This document shows, piece after piece, positions 14,825 through 27,275 of a DNA stretch of 64,000 nucleotides (position 1 is the stretch's first letter; each line of letters begins with the position of its first letter). The position numbers were made by a program, and so were the translations under genes. The notes below the pieces were generated by a model, which was not told where the DNA came from, ran no database searches, and saw only the letters and a program-made list of their open reading frames with translations. Source of the DNA: the human T2T-CHM13v2.0 reference genome, Homo sapiens; assembly GCF_009914755.1 (NCBI RefSeq), contig NC_060939.1; one strand, 5' to 3'.

Positions 14825-15739
14825 CATTCCTCACTGCACTATCATTGGGCTCCCCCTCCTCCATCACCATTGTGCCACGCCTCCCAGGTAACTGACTCTG
14901 CTGACACCCTGAATCCTGCCCTGTCCCCTCCATCCCAGCAACTATGAACACAGCTCCAGCTGGGCCCCTCACCAACACCCCTCCCTCACCCTGATGCCTC
15001 CCACCCATGGTGACCTTGGTGGTTCCTGGTCCTCCATCCATGCGCCTGCCACCGGGTCCTCCAACACCCTCAGTCCCTTTAGGCAGCTGTTTCAACCACG
15101 TTCTCCTTAGAACCCTAGACAGCCCACGCCCCCACCTTCTGAAACATTTTTAAGTCGCAAACTTCTGATGTTATAAAATGAGTTCAGGCGTTACATCATC
15201 TCTTAGATTCACAGGTCTGTAAAGAAAAATTCACCTCGAGGGAGAGAGATGTGCGTTAGGTTCTGTGAAATTCCATCTGATGTTTGCCACCCACTATCCC
15301 AGGCCCCACACTGAACTGAGGGCCTCCTCCCCACACAGCCACATGGCCACCACTATGCCCCTATGAACCGTCACACAGGTCCCTCTCCTGCCCAGGAAGA
15401 CCCCCCACGATGGCCTGGGCCTACCCAACCCCACCCCTCCGTGTCCTCCTCTCTGTGGGCTCTCTCTCATCTCCCCTCAGAAGACTCTCTCCTGCCCCTC
15501 TTCTAAAGAGGGGTCTTTCCCAGGGCCTCTGGTCCCTGCCCCAGCCTTTTCCTGCCCTCTGGCCCTCTTTCGAGATGCCACACCATTCCCTGGCCTTCCT
15601 TCACCAGTATTATGCTGTCCCCTCTACCCAGGCCCCCTGCCTACCTCCATCAAGCCAAATCTTCCTCACCCTCCAGGGCCAGCCCAAACACCTGCTCCTC
15701 CTACATAAGCTCCCTGATTCCAGGGGCCATAAGGGACAG

Positions 15740-18070
15740 GGGTAGCAGAGGGTCACCTAGACAAAAAGCCAATGGCAGTGGAAAGGGTCTGAGCCACTCT
15801 GTCAAGAGGTGTAATCCAGCAGACTTAGAACTCCACGCCCAACAACAGAGAATAACATTTCTCTCTAGAGACACACAACGTTTTCAAAGACTGAGCCCAG
15901 TACCAGGACTTCAAGCACACCCCCCAAATGTCTAAGAACTGATTTCCAAGAAAGCATAGTCTTTGGCTGTAATGCAATTAAGCTGGAGGTCAACAGGGCA
16001 AAGAAAGACTAAACATGTCACACATTTGGAAATTCACAAACACATGTTTATATAACTCATGGTAAAAGAAAACATCATAATTGGGATAAAAAAATACTTA
16101 GAATGGAATGATAATGAAAATACTATTTAGGACAACTCATGGGAACTGTGGACATGACCCCGGGAAAGATGTGTGTAACCTGAGGTGTTCGTGGTAAGAG
16201 AAATGCTGAAAATTCATGGGATTAAGCATCAAACTAAAAAGTTAAAAGAAAAAAAAATGAGAAGAAGGTAATACAATTAGGACCAGAACTCTGTAAAAGT
16301 AGAAAACAAATTTACAATAGAATTTAAAAGGCCAAATGCAGTTCTTTAAAAATCTGGCAATATAGCCAAACCCATGGCACCACTGATAAAGAAAAAAATT
16401 AAGGCGCAAACGAATAAATAACATGATAAGTGGAAAAAGGATGTAACCGCAGATCAAGCAGAGGTTTAAAAACAATAAGGAAACACTACCAATGCCGTTA
16501 CACTCATAATTCTGAAAACACAGACCACATTAAAAAATTCCTAGAAAATTGTAATTTATGAAACCACTAACTAAAAAACAAATACAGGACTTGTCAAACT
16601 TTCCACTAAAGAAACTGAAACAGTGCTTAAACACCCATCTCTCTCACACAGAACAGGCCTAGACAGTTTCACAGGTAAGCTGTACCAAAATTTCAAGGTA
16701 TAGATCATCCCAGTCTTAAACAAGCTCTTCCAGAGAACAGAAAAAGTAAAAATTTATCAGGCCAGAATACTTTAATCCTAAAAACAGACAAGAACAGTAT
16801 AAGAAAGGGAAACTCTAGGTCCACTTTACCCAGAATATAGAAGCAAAACTCCTAACTAAAATATTAGAAAGCCAAATTCAGCAACGAGGAAGAAAGATAG
16901 TCTGCCATGACCATGGTGAGTTTATTCCAAAAATGCAAGGGTATTTTAGCATTAGAAAGTCAATAACTGTAATTTTTACAGTAGCAGAATAAAGAAGATA
17001 CAGGAAAAGCATTAGATAAAATTCAAAACCCATATGATTAAAAACTCTTAGCAAATTAAAACAAGAAGGAAGCTTTCTTAACCTGTTAAAAAGGCATTTA
17101 CAAAAAACAAACAGCAAATATCAATCTTAATGTGGAAACCCTGAAAGCACTCCCTTTAAAATCAAGAACAAGATAAGACTGCCCAAAATCAATGCTTTTA
17201 TTCATCATTATACTGAAAGTTCTAGTCAACAACAGCCATGATAAATAAATAATTAGCTTAAAGATTGATTAGGGAGAGACAAAACTACAATTATTCACAG
17301 ATGATATGACTATCTACATAGATAACCATATCAAATCTATGGTTTCCTATGGTTTACATAAAAAATAGACAAATTATTGGAAGAAATAAGGGACTTTATT
17401 GAAAGGTGGCTAGATGTGAGACCAATCTAAAAAATCAACTGCACGTCTATATACTAGCAACAACTGTTAGACACTTAAGGTACCTATGCCTTTATCAGAG
17501 ATGTGTAAGTTGTGTATATAAGAATTTACAAACTTTACTAATACTTAAAGGAGACCTAAATAAAGAGATACCATGCTCATGGATAGGAAGGTCCCATATC
17601 ATAAAGATACATTAGATAGATAGATGTATATATTAAATAAAATTTCAGTCAAAATCCCAACAGCTTTTGTTTTGTGGAACTTGTCAAGTTGATTCAAAGT
17701 TAATATGAAACAACAAAGGGCCAAGAATAGCCTAAAACTCCTGAAAAAGAATAAGACTTGCCCCACCACATATCAAGCCTTATTATGAAGATACAGTACT
17801 GAAGTCTGTGAGGCACTGGGTCAGAGACAGACAAGTTTAACTCGTGGAACAGAAAAGGGAGACAATCTGTATGCAAATACAGAACTTGATTTACTGATAG
17901 AATATCAGTGTTGAAAGGAGGAACTAATCCACTGATGATGCTGGGAAAAGGTGGTTATTCATATGAGAAAAAAATAAAATAAAATCCCTACTTCACATCA
18001 AACACAAAACCAATTTGAGCTAGATTAAATACTTAAGTGTGAGAAGTAAAACTAAAACTTGTAGGAGGAC
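15740..18070 (+). mobile_element. Old L1 (L1M4/L1ME-type) ORF2 remnant
   Basis: A-rich degenerate endonuclease-to-RT sequence (e.g. ttattcacagatgatatgactatctacatag, the F-A-D-D region; ccatgctcatggataggaag). Confidence 0.85.
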
Positions 18071-18078
18071 GTCTGAGA

Positions 18079-18818
18079 GTGGGTTGGATATCTTCTGTTT
18101 GTCCCTCTAAATCCACTTTCCGGTTTCCTCTACCGTGCTTTCAGCCCCAGGCACATGGCTATGGGGGCCCAAGTCTGTGGAGAAAGGTCACCAGCTTGCA
18201 AGGCAGCAGCCCCAGGAGCAGCCTGGGAAGGCTTTGTGCAGAGGAGGGCCGTTTCCTCCTCCGTGTTGGGAGAGTTGTCTCTGCAGATGGTGGGTGAGAG
18301 TTCGCTGCCAAAACCACTGTCTTCCCTGCCCTGCGGACACTTCTTCCTCACCTTCCTAAAACTGTAAGAGACCTGGAGCCGTTGAGCATCAATGACTCTT
18401 TGACTCAGGAATCTTAAAAATCACACACAGGGGCCTTCTGGTTGGCTCCTTTGCCCTCTGACTGTGGGTCGGTTTTGGAAACAGAAAATGGGAGAGACGA
18501 GAGAGGCAGGTTGGGAGGAGGGTCGAATTGGCTTGTTTTCTCCTCTGCCCCCTTCTACAGGGTAACTTCTGGCTGGCCGTGTTTCTCCCCGAATATCACT
18601 GCTCTACCAAGGAGACTTGTCAATACAACCTCTCCTTCCAGGTGCCATCAACATTCCCTCCCCTCTTCCTTTGGGGCCAAGCGTTGCAACAATTCTGCTG
18701 CTACCAGTTCCTGGTGGTTTCTCTGAACTCCGCCCATGCCTTGGGAACCGGTCTAGTGACCTTCCTCAAAGTGCTCTACTATGTGCCGTATCTTTCCTGC
18801 TGAGACCTCCACTGATAA
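18079..18818 (+). mobile_element. LTR33-like ERVL LTR, interrupted at ~18171-18443 by an inverted-copy insertion
   Basis: 5' ggatatcttctgtttgtccctctaaatccactttcc..., resuming ggctcctttgccctctgactg..., and 3' end gtgccgtatctttcctgctgagacctccactgata resemble the recalled LTR33 consensus. Confidence 0.65.
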
Positions 18819-19463
18819 AGTAATTGTTACTGAAAGTGGTCTTCAAATAAATCCTCACGAAGGGAATCTGGGATTCGGTTGTTCATCTATTCTGGGAGCA
18901 CTGGGATAGTTGCCTTTCTGGGTGTGAGGGTGTGAGTCTGTGTGTGTGAATAAGGATAATCCACAGCATTCATGATTATACATGATACTGGCAGTCCCAC
19001 TGAACAACGTGCCGGGGAGTTGGGGTGTGGGGTGCCCACTGGGAGAAGAGGGTGTGGCAATAACAGTGCCTACCAAAGCTGTGAGGTCAGGTAGATTCTT
19101 CCTATGTCCTTAGAGAGCATATAGAAGGGGAAAAAGAAATTGAAAGCTATAAACATTCAACTAGTAATACACAAGGAGAACCAGAAGGCCCCCATGGTAG
19201 CCCCAGGGTGTGATTTTTTAAGATTCCTGAGTCAAAGAGTCATTGATGCTCAACGGCTCCAGGTCTCTTACAGTTTTAGGAAGGTGAGGAAGAAGTGTCC
19301 GCAGGGCAGGGAAGACAGTGGTTTTGGCAGCGAACTCTCACCCACCATCTGCAGAGACAACTCTCCCAACACGTAGGAGGAAACAGGCCTCCTCTGCACA
19401 AAGCCTTCCCAGGCTGCTCCTGGGGCTGCTGCCTTGCAAGCTGGTGCCCTTTCTCCACAGACT
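18172..19463. repeat. Long inverted repeat: arms 18172-18426(-18443) and (19179-)19208-19463, ~98% identical, ~780-bp spacer
   Basis: Direct reverse-complement comparison. The ORF track shows the same peptide (RKKCPQGREDSGFGSELSPTICRDNSPNT) on opposite strands. Confidence 0.97.
18819..19202 (+). mobile_element. ERVL internal leader/gag remnant following the LTR
   Basis: taattgttactgaaagtggt is like the ERVL post-LTR leader; degenerate translation SLESI*KGEKKLKAINIQLVIHKENQKAPMVA resembles the ERVL Gag N-terminal coiled region. Confidence 0.5.
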
Positions 19464-19777
19464 CACCCACATCCTGCGCCACCTGGGCCCATAAAACAAG
19501 GCAGACCCCAAGGCACAGGAACTGCGTCAGAAGGAGATGTCCACTGTGTGGGGGCAGGAGCCTGGGAGGTGGGCTCCAAGCGGGACGAAATGCAAGTAGG
19601 TCATATGTACCCACACGTGTGGACAAGGTGGTTCCCTCACAATTTGGTCATTTAATGTGAACCTTGAACATCGAGGGGTGTGTATAGTCTACAAGATTGG
19701 CTAATCCAAGTCTAGAATTAATAAAAACCAATCGCTGATGAGGTCAGTATGCTGGACCTCCGGGACATCCTGCAGAG

Positions 19778-19918
19778 CTGTGGTTCTCCAGCCCCAGACG
19801 GTTTATTAAAGCCAGATTGTTGGGCCCTCTCCCGGAGTCTGTGATCGAGCAGGCTGTGGTGGGGTCCAAGGATTTTCATTTCTAACAAGGTCCCAAATGT
19901 AGCTGCTGCTGGTCTGCT
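19778..19918 (+). mobile_element. MER5A (hAT-Charlie)
   Basis: gattgttgggccc...caggctgtggtggggtccaaggattttcatttctaacaaggtccca...gctgctgctggtctg. Confidence 0.7.
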
Positions 19919-20844
19919 GGGAATGCAGGGAAATGGGAGGCTGGAGGGATCTACTGCGTGACACCCTGTTAAGCCACCTGGCCTATACTCCCTGGGGAGG
20001 CCTGGAGCTGGTCTCCTCACCAAGGGGTTAGGAAAATGCCTGGGGGAGGGTCAGCGTCCTCCTAAAGAAGTCCATGGAGGCTGTCCGCTCTATCCCGCCG
20101 GTGACAAGGGATGCTCCCACAGCACCAGGTTCCCACTCTCCACGGGAACTGCGGGATCCTGGGTAGTAGGGGCCAGCGGCGGGCATACCAGAGTGATCAC
20201 CTAAGCAAGGGGACAGAGGCTACTCAGTGTACTTGACTCGCAGGACCTGGGGAGAGGCTCCAAGATGAAAAAGAGGGCAAGCCTGATCAGATGCCGCTTG
20301 ACACACAGAAGCTGGGACCTACTGGGTCTGCTGAGCAGAACCATAGTGGGGATTTGCAACATCATCCAGTGTCCAGACCAATGACGGGGAGGCTGGGACC
20401 CTTTAAGAAAGGGCCCTGCGAGGGGCAATCAGCGTGTGTGGTGAGCCTGTCCTCAGCCTGTCCTCACACGTTCCCCAGACTCGCATGGCCACTTGTTGCC
20501 AGGCGGCTGTGTGCTGGGGACAGGGACACACGCTGACCTCCCACTGGCTACTAAACACAGGCCCTAAACCCGCACTGATTCTACAGCCCTGATGTGCTAC
20601 TGAGACGCACAGGTCCTGAGCTGGGTGGAAACAGCACGTCTTGTTCTGCTCATGGAAACAGGACCATCTGATGGTACGTCCAGTGCAGCTCAGCCCCTCC
20701 TGAGGTCATTCCCCAGCTCCAGAGCAGAGTGTGCGGACACACCCAGGAACGGCTGAGGCTCCACTCTGGCTCTGAGCTGGCGGGATGAGGGCTATTAGAA
20801 GAGGACAGAGGGGCCACCTGTTGCCTTCTGAGACACTGACTAGC

Positions 20845-22330
20845 ACTAGAGGAGATCTTTCTGACTGTGGGGTAGGAAGGATTTCTTAAACAAGAACAGA
20901 GGAAGCGCTAACTGAAGGAAGACAATGGTGTCCTAAGAGATGGGGCCGTGAGGGGGACATTGGTAATGATCTAAGGCACCTGAACTACACGTGATGCCGC
21001 ACGGTATTACTTCAAGGTGGACTTAAATCAGTTAAGTATGAACTGTATTGTAATCTTTAAGGAAACCACTAAAAAAATTTTAAGAGAAGTATAATCGACA
21101 CATTAAGCAAGGAGACAAAATGGAATTATCTAAAAGGCTCAATGAAAACCAGAGAAGGCAGAAAGGAGTGGGGTTGGGGAGGGGCAGGGGTGCGGAGAAC
21201 AAATGTAACAAACAGAAAAGTTACAAACACGGTAGATACTGATCCAACAACGCCAGCAAGGACTTTAAATGTGAATGGTCTCAACACACCAATCAAAAGA
21301 CAGAGAATGTCAGAGTGGATTAAAAAAACAATGTCCGTGCTCCAAAGGACACCATCAAGAAAGTGAAAAGACAACCCAGAGAAGGATGACAATGACTGCA
21401 AGTCACGTGTCTGATAAAGGACTCGTATCTAGAATATACAACAATAAAAGCCACATAAACCCACTAAACATGAACAAAAATCTGAGCAGACGGTTCTCTA
21501 AAAAAGAGACACAAATGACCAAAAAGCACAGGAACATACGTTCAACGTCATTAGCCGTAAGGGAAATGCAAACCACTCCATCTATGAGATGGGTGCAGAA
21601 AAAAAGACGCATCATCACAAGTGCTGATGAGGATGTGGTGACACTGGAACCCTCAGACATGGCTGGTGAGACCGTGAAGGGTGGGTCCACAGCCTGGCAG
21701 TTTCTCAGAAATGTAAACATAGAGCTGCCATATGACTCAGCCACTCCACAGCTAGATAAGCTCCCTAGAAAGGTAAAAACATACGTCCACATACAACTTG
21801 CACGTGAATATCCACAGCAGCGTTATTCACAACAGCAAAAAACCTGGGAACAACCTAAATGTCCATCGGTTGATAAATGAGCAAACACAATGTGGGCAAT
21901 TCATTACAGTGGAATGTTATCTGGTGATAAAAATCATGACATATTAATACATGTTATAAAATGGATGAACCTTGAAAACATGCTAAGTCAAAGAAGCCAG
22001 ATACAAAAAGACCCTATTATTACTGTATGATTCCATTATATGAAATGTCCAGAATAGGCAAATCTAGAGAGACGGAGAGTAGATGAGTGGCTGCTTAGGG
22101 TTAAGGGAGTGGGGTAGATGGGGACTGACTGCTAAGACGGGGATAGCATTTCTTTCTGGGGTGATGAAAATGTTATCAGATGGGGTGCGGGGACAGTTGT
22201 ACAACTCTCTGAATGTACCAAAACCCACTGAGCTGCATGCTCTAGATAGGTGCATCCTATGTGAATTATAACTTAACAGAATTGTTATTAAAAGAGAATA
22301 AATTTTTATATACAATTATGTAAAAGTTAA
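20845..22330 (+). mobile_element. L1M mosaic: ORF2 N-terminal fragment joined to ORF2 C-terminus and 3' UTR
   Basis: TLNVNGLNTPIKRQRMSEWIKK (endonuclease start) followed by SDKGLVSRIY...WQFLRNVNIELPYDSA (ORF2 C-terminus), then L1MB/MC 3' UTR. Confidence 0.85.
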
Positions 22331-22534
22331 CTCTCCAGTTTAATCAGAAGACACCCCATACAGGTAAAAAAAATTCATAAACTGGGAAACACGGTTTCCC
22401 ACTCCTGTTAACTGACAAAGGATTCATATGCCGTATATGTACACCCAGTAATCCCAATTCTAGGCACACACCCCAAAGAAACTCTGGCATTTGTGTACTA
22501 GCGGTCTTGTATAAGGCTGTTCTTAGCAACAATT

Positions 22535-22833
22535 CTTTTTTTTTTTTTTTCAAGACAGAGTCTCGCTCTGTCGCCCAGGCTGGAGTGCAATGGCACGATC
22601 ACGGCTCACTGCCACCTCTGCCTCCCAGTTCAAGCAATTCTCCTGCCTCAGCCTCCCGAGTAGCTGGGACTACGAGTGCCCACCACCACACCCAGCTAAT
22701 TTTTTGTATTTTTAGTAGAGACAGGGTTTCACCATGTTGGCCAGGCTGGTCTCGATCTCCTGACCTCAGGTGATCCACCTGCCTCAGCCTCCCAAAGTGC
22801 TGGAATTACAGGCATGAGCCACCATGACTGGCC
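22535..22833 (-). mobile_element. AluS
   Basis: Antisense dimer with poly-T; TSD caacaattctt. Confidence 0.95.
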
Positions 22834-23359
22834 AACAACAATTCTTAAAAAAGAATTACAAACATGCCAGGAGAATGGACAGATACATTGAGATGTGCTG
22901 GCCAAAAAACACGGTAGTGTTCACAGCAGTGAAAGTAAGAGAACCACAGCTAAGCTGGGGCCATAGCCACACTGTGGCTAAACCTTAGAAACACGATGTT
23001 AAACTGGGGGGAGAAAAGCAAGTCTCAGAATACCCCACACAGTACATCATTCCCACAGTGCTCAAAACCAAAGCTAAGCAACACGTTGTCTAAGCACATC
23101 TACGCCGGAGATACGCAAGCCACGCGGACAGTGGCTTCCTGCGGGAGCCGGAGGTGTCTGGCAGGTGGTAGGGTGCAAGGAACGCGTAGGTAATACTGGT
23201 AATAGCCTAGTCACTGGACGGGTGGTGGCTTCACAGGTTCTATTGTTATACTTTGTATAACCAACAAATATATTGTGGGAAATATTTTATATGTGTCAAA
23301 TAATAGATTTTAAATGTTAAACATGTTTCAAAAATAACAAAGGAGAAAAAAGTGTGGTG

Positions 23360-23520
23360 TCAGCTCTGGCTCTGCCATTTCTAATTGGGTTAAGTCATCT
23401 GAATGCTCTGTGCCTCAGTTTCCTCATCTGTGATGTGGAGACAGGGAAAGTACCTAGTTTGTGGGTTAGCAGTAAGTAGTAAATGAGATCAAGCCCTCAG
23501 AGCAGTTTCTTGCCCAGTAA
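23360..23520 (+). mobile_element. MIR remnant
   Basis: ctctgtgcctcagtttcctcatctgtga core. Confidence 0.6.
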
Positions 23521-26500
23521 GAGTTTGTCATCCTTGTCATTGTCACCATCATCATCATCGTCACAGCACCAGCCCTGGATGGTCCATCTTCATATTCACT
23601 GTGTGAAAACAGTGAGCCCCACTTTGTTTAAGCCACTATCATCTACTTTTTGCATCTGAATACATTCCTAGCTACTGTTTGATGATGCTCTGGAATTGGG
23701 TGACATCCAGCATATTATTCCTTAGCAGGATGCAAACTCTCCATTTCCAGCAGGAGCTTTTAGATTACTGGTTAAATAAAATCACAGAAATCTGATGCTT
23801 CCAAATTTCAGCTCTCGTGTCAGAAGGTGGGCCATGACTCCAGGACTCCACAAACACCCAGAATTGTATGGCTCCTCCAAAATCCAATAAAGAACCATCC
23901 CAGGCAAAATGTCCATGAAGGAGACAGCAGTTGGTACTAATAACTGGGAGTGGCCATCCACGTCCTTGATGCTGGGCCAGTGGTCACAGTATGGACTGCT
24001 GTTAGGTATCCACACAGGAAGGCACAGCTCTCTCTAGGATCAGCATGGAGTGTGCCCGTCAGGCAAGGAGACAGACCTCACATCTGCACTAGTGATGACA
24101 GCTCGTCTCACGGAGGTTTAAGTTTATGCTGCAATCCTCACAACAGCTGGATATAGAATTCTATTTTGGCAATGATTGTTGCAATCATATTTTACAGGTG
24201 AATGATTTGACATTCAAGGATGTCAGAGGTCCCCAGCTGTTGATCAAGGTGTCGTCGAAAGTGCTGGGATTCGTACCCAGCTCTTCTGATCTCAAAGTTC
24301 TCATTTTGTCACTAGCTCTTTTTGCAAGAACTACTAGATCAAAATAGCGCTATGAGAAACACGTGTTTTTTTAGGCATTCTGGGGAAATTTGACTATTAC
24401 AGGGAGAAAAAACACTCCCACCTTTGCCCTCCCATTCTAGAAGAGCCTTACAACTCCTGCTCATTTAATTAAGATGGTCAGTTTTCTGTACAATCCATCC
24501 CAAGTGATGCCCAGAGCAAGAAAAGCTGGGGGAGAGGATAATAATCCAGCCTCTCCAGGCACTTCAGTCTCTTGGGAATGAAGACAGTGAGCATTTGTAG
24601 TTTACAGGCAAATGCACGTGTGTAGAGAGCTGCTACATGCCCTGCGTGACTGTGTGCAGGCGAGAAACCATTCCTTCATAAGCTTCTACGCTGGCTCCAA
24701 GATGCCGACATGGGTGAAGTGCCGAGAGACCCTCCGTCTGTCATCTTAACCCCAAGTTTTATTTTCTTTCATCTTTAAGAGAGAATCCTTAGTTAATTAA
24801 TTTCAGGCAAGAGGGTCCTCTTTTGCGTCAGTGGTGGTGGGCACGAGCCCCGAAGAACATGCCAGGCAGGCGAAGGACTGAGCAGGGGTGTCCACACGCT
24901 GCTGAATGGAGCGGCTAGAGCCGGGTGCCTCGCTGGGAGCCGGTGAGGACGGTGTGCAGGCTGGAAATGTCCCAGCTGCTGAATCATGGCTCAGCAGTTT
25001 GTCTCCTAGTTTGGCTTAACTTCTGCCTTTTCCATCCTAAGCTTTTCAAATCGGCCAACACAAAAGGTAAAAGAAACAGTGGATCTGAAATCTTCTCCGT
25101 GACACTTTTTACTAGCTTTAAATTCCTACTTTAAAAATAGTGCTTTCCTAGTCTGACTCCAAGGCCTGACGCTGGAAGGACGTGCTGTTTCTCTCTCATC
25201 CAGTGCTAATGATAATCGCCGTGATGATATCAATATGACTGGCAACAACACGCGCTGAGTGCTCACTTCGGGACTGGCATTATTGCAAACATTCAGTTGT
25301 TGGAGGTGCTTCTAACTGCCATTTTTTTTGAAGAAAGAGCTGAACCATTCCAACTCAGGGATCAAACGTCCCTTGTTTTGTACACAGGAGGTGAGGTACT
25401 GTGCTGGCTGCCAGAACAAGGCAGGCGAATTATGCCTGTTCACATATTTTACCATAGTTAATATATTTTATTTCACCAATGTCTCTTAAAGCACATTAAA
25501 CATTTAATTAGTTTTATTTCCTTTTACAACAATGACATCTTATTTATCTGTCTTTATAATGTAATTAGTGTAATATCTGTATGTGTTTTCCCCTTGAGTC
25601 AGCTTAACACTTTCTCCTTTTCATTATGAAATATTTTGTTTCCTTCCAAGTTTTCTGCTAACCAAGTCCTTACTTTATTTAATTCACTTTCCCCATACAC
25701 TGTGCTGTAAGATTATTTTATTTCAGAAAAATGTCACATCTTCCTCTTGGTACTAAGATTCTCTTCTCATTTTACCATTTTTCCCTATTTTAGTTTAATG
25801 TCCTTTCATTTCTATTATGTGTTATGTGTTCCAAGTTTTACATCCCTCCGGCATTCATTTTAATAGAATTAGGAGAATCTATAAATAAAAGTAGCTCCTT
25901 AGAATAATGCTTTCATTCTTCTCTTCTCTCCCCACCCCCACTTCTCCAACGTGCCCTAAATTTACCAGCAGCTTCTCCTAGGCCGGGGTTCTCCCACAAG
26001 GAGTCTGACCGCTGTGTCTTTGCTGCATTTGCCCTGGTACATCCCCGGGGTTACACAGGATCAGGATTCCGACATAGGACGCCTGTCCGTTAGGACTCTG
26101 TAGGGAATGGCTGTGGTGCTGCCCTTCAATTCAACAACTCGAGAGGCTGAAAATTCTACACAAAGTCAGCAATTCAAATTCTGAAACTAGAGAAACACTG
26201 CGGAGCAAGACCGAGAAGATAATTAGCAGGCAAGCAACCCAGCCTACCTTGCCGTGCCAGGGGTGTCTGCGGCTTATCTCTCCTCCTTCTCTCTCCTCCG
26301 CAGGAAGGTCCTTAAACCACGGACTCTGCTCATTTACATTTACTGGGAAGCTTCTCCCTGGGGCTGAAACTCTGCCTGGGGAAAGCCTAGCAAGTTAGTG
26401 GCTCAGAGAGCCACAGTAATCCTTTCAGATGCCAGTGTAGCCCCAGAACATCCTCTACAAAAGCAAATGCCCCTGAACCCAGATTCCAGGAGATTTCTTT

Positions 26501-26619
26501 GATGACATCATTTGCCCTACTAAATCCCTAGAAAGGCTTCTAATCCTCATCTCTAAACATAAATTTATGATTATGTCTTCAAAGACAACATGGGGTCTCT
26601 CCCACGTCCACAAAAATAC

Positions 26620-27275
26620 CTTTCTCCCAACATCTTGCTATGAAATTTTTCAAACATGCACCAATGTTGAATGAATTGTATGGCAGACATCCATATGCCC
26701 ATTACCTTGATTCTACCATTAACATATTCACTAAAATCACTTGATCAAACTTCTCTCCATCCATCCATCCTTCTATCCATTTGTCAACACATCTTATTTT
26801 TGGTGCATTCCAAAGTAAACTGCAGTATCAGTACACAACATACATCTCCCTAAAGACTTCAACATACACATCATTATTTGCTTATAGATTTATTTCTTTT
26901 GAGATAAAATTTAGATATGATGAAACAAGCAAAAGTAAATTACACATTTGTTGAGTTTGGATAAATGTACACACTTGTATAACTCAAACCCCTACTGAGA
27001 TTCAGAAGACAGCCATCACTCCAGAAAGTCTCGCATGTGCCTTCCCGGTCAACCTCCAGCTTTCATGCCCCCACATTTGGTTTTGCCAGTTCTAGAACCT
27101 CCTCTGAATGGAGTCAGGCACCCTCATGTAAGGTTTCTTTCACTTGGCCTGTCTATGAGACACATGCACGTTGTTATGCATGCTGGTTGTCTGTTCCTTT
27201 CTATTGCTGAATAAAAGAGTGCTCACTGAATGAATGTATCACATTTGTTTTTCCATTCTCCTATGGATGGACCTA
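26620..27275 (-). mobile_element. L1M 3' fragments
   Basis: ccatcactccagaaagt...gttttgccagttctagaac...ttctattgctgaata is antisense L1ME/MB 3' UTR text. Confidence 0.6.

Noticed and set aside
18172-18426. Inverted-repeat arms as terminal inverted repeats of a DNA transposon or a processed pseudogene
   Set aside because: No TSD, poly-A or transposase remnant. The spacer is older LTR/ERVL sequence colinear with the outer flank.
21275-21880. 201-aa ORF
   Set aside because: Degenerate L1 ORF2 C-terminus, not a host gene.
26240-26340. Minus-strand donor AAG|GTAGGC at 26248 after a purine-rich stretch (possible alternative exon); similarly TGG|GTGAGT near 19466
   Set aside because: Isolated donor matches are expected by chance in a >44-kb intron; no supporting acceptor, promoter or ORF evidence.
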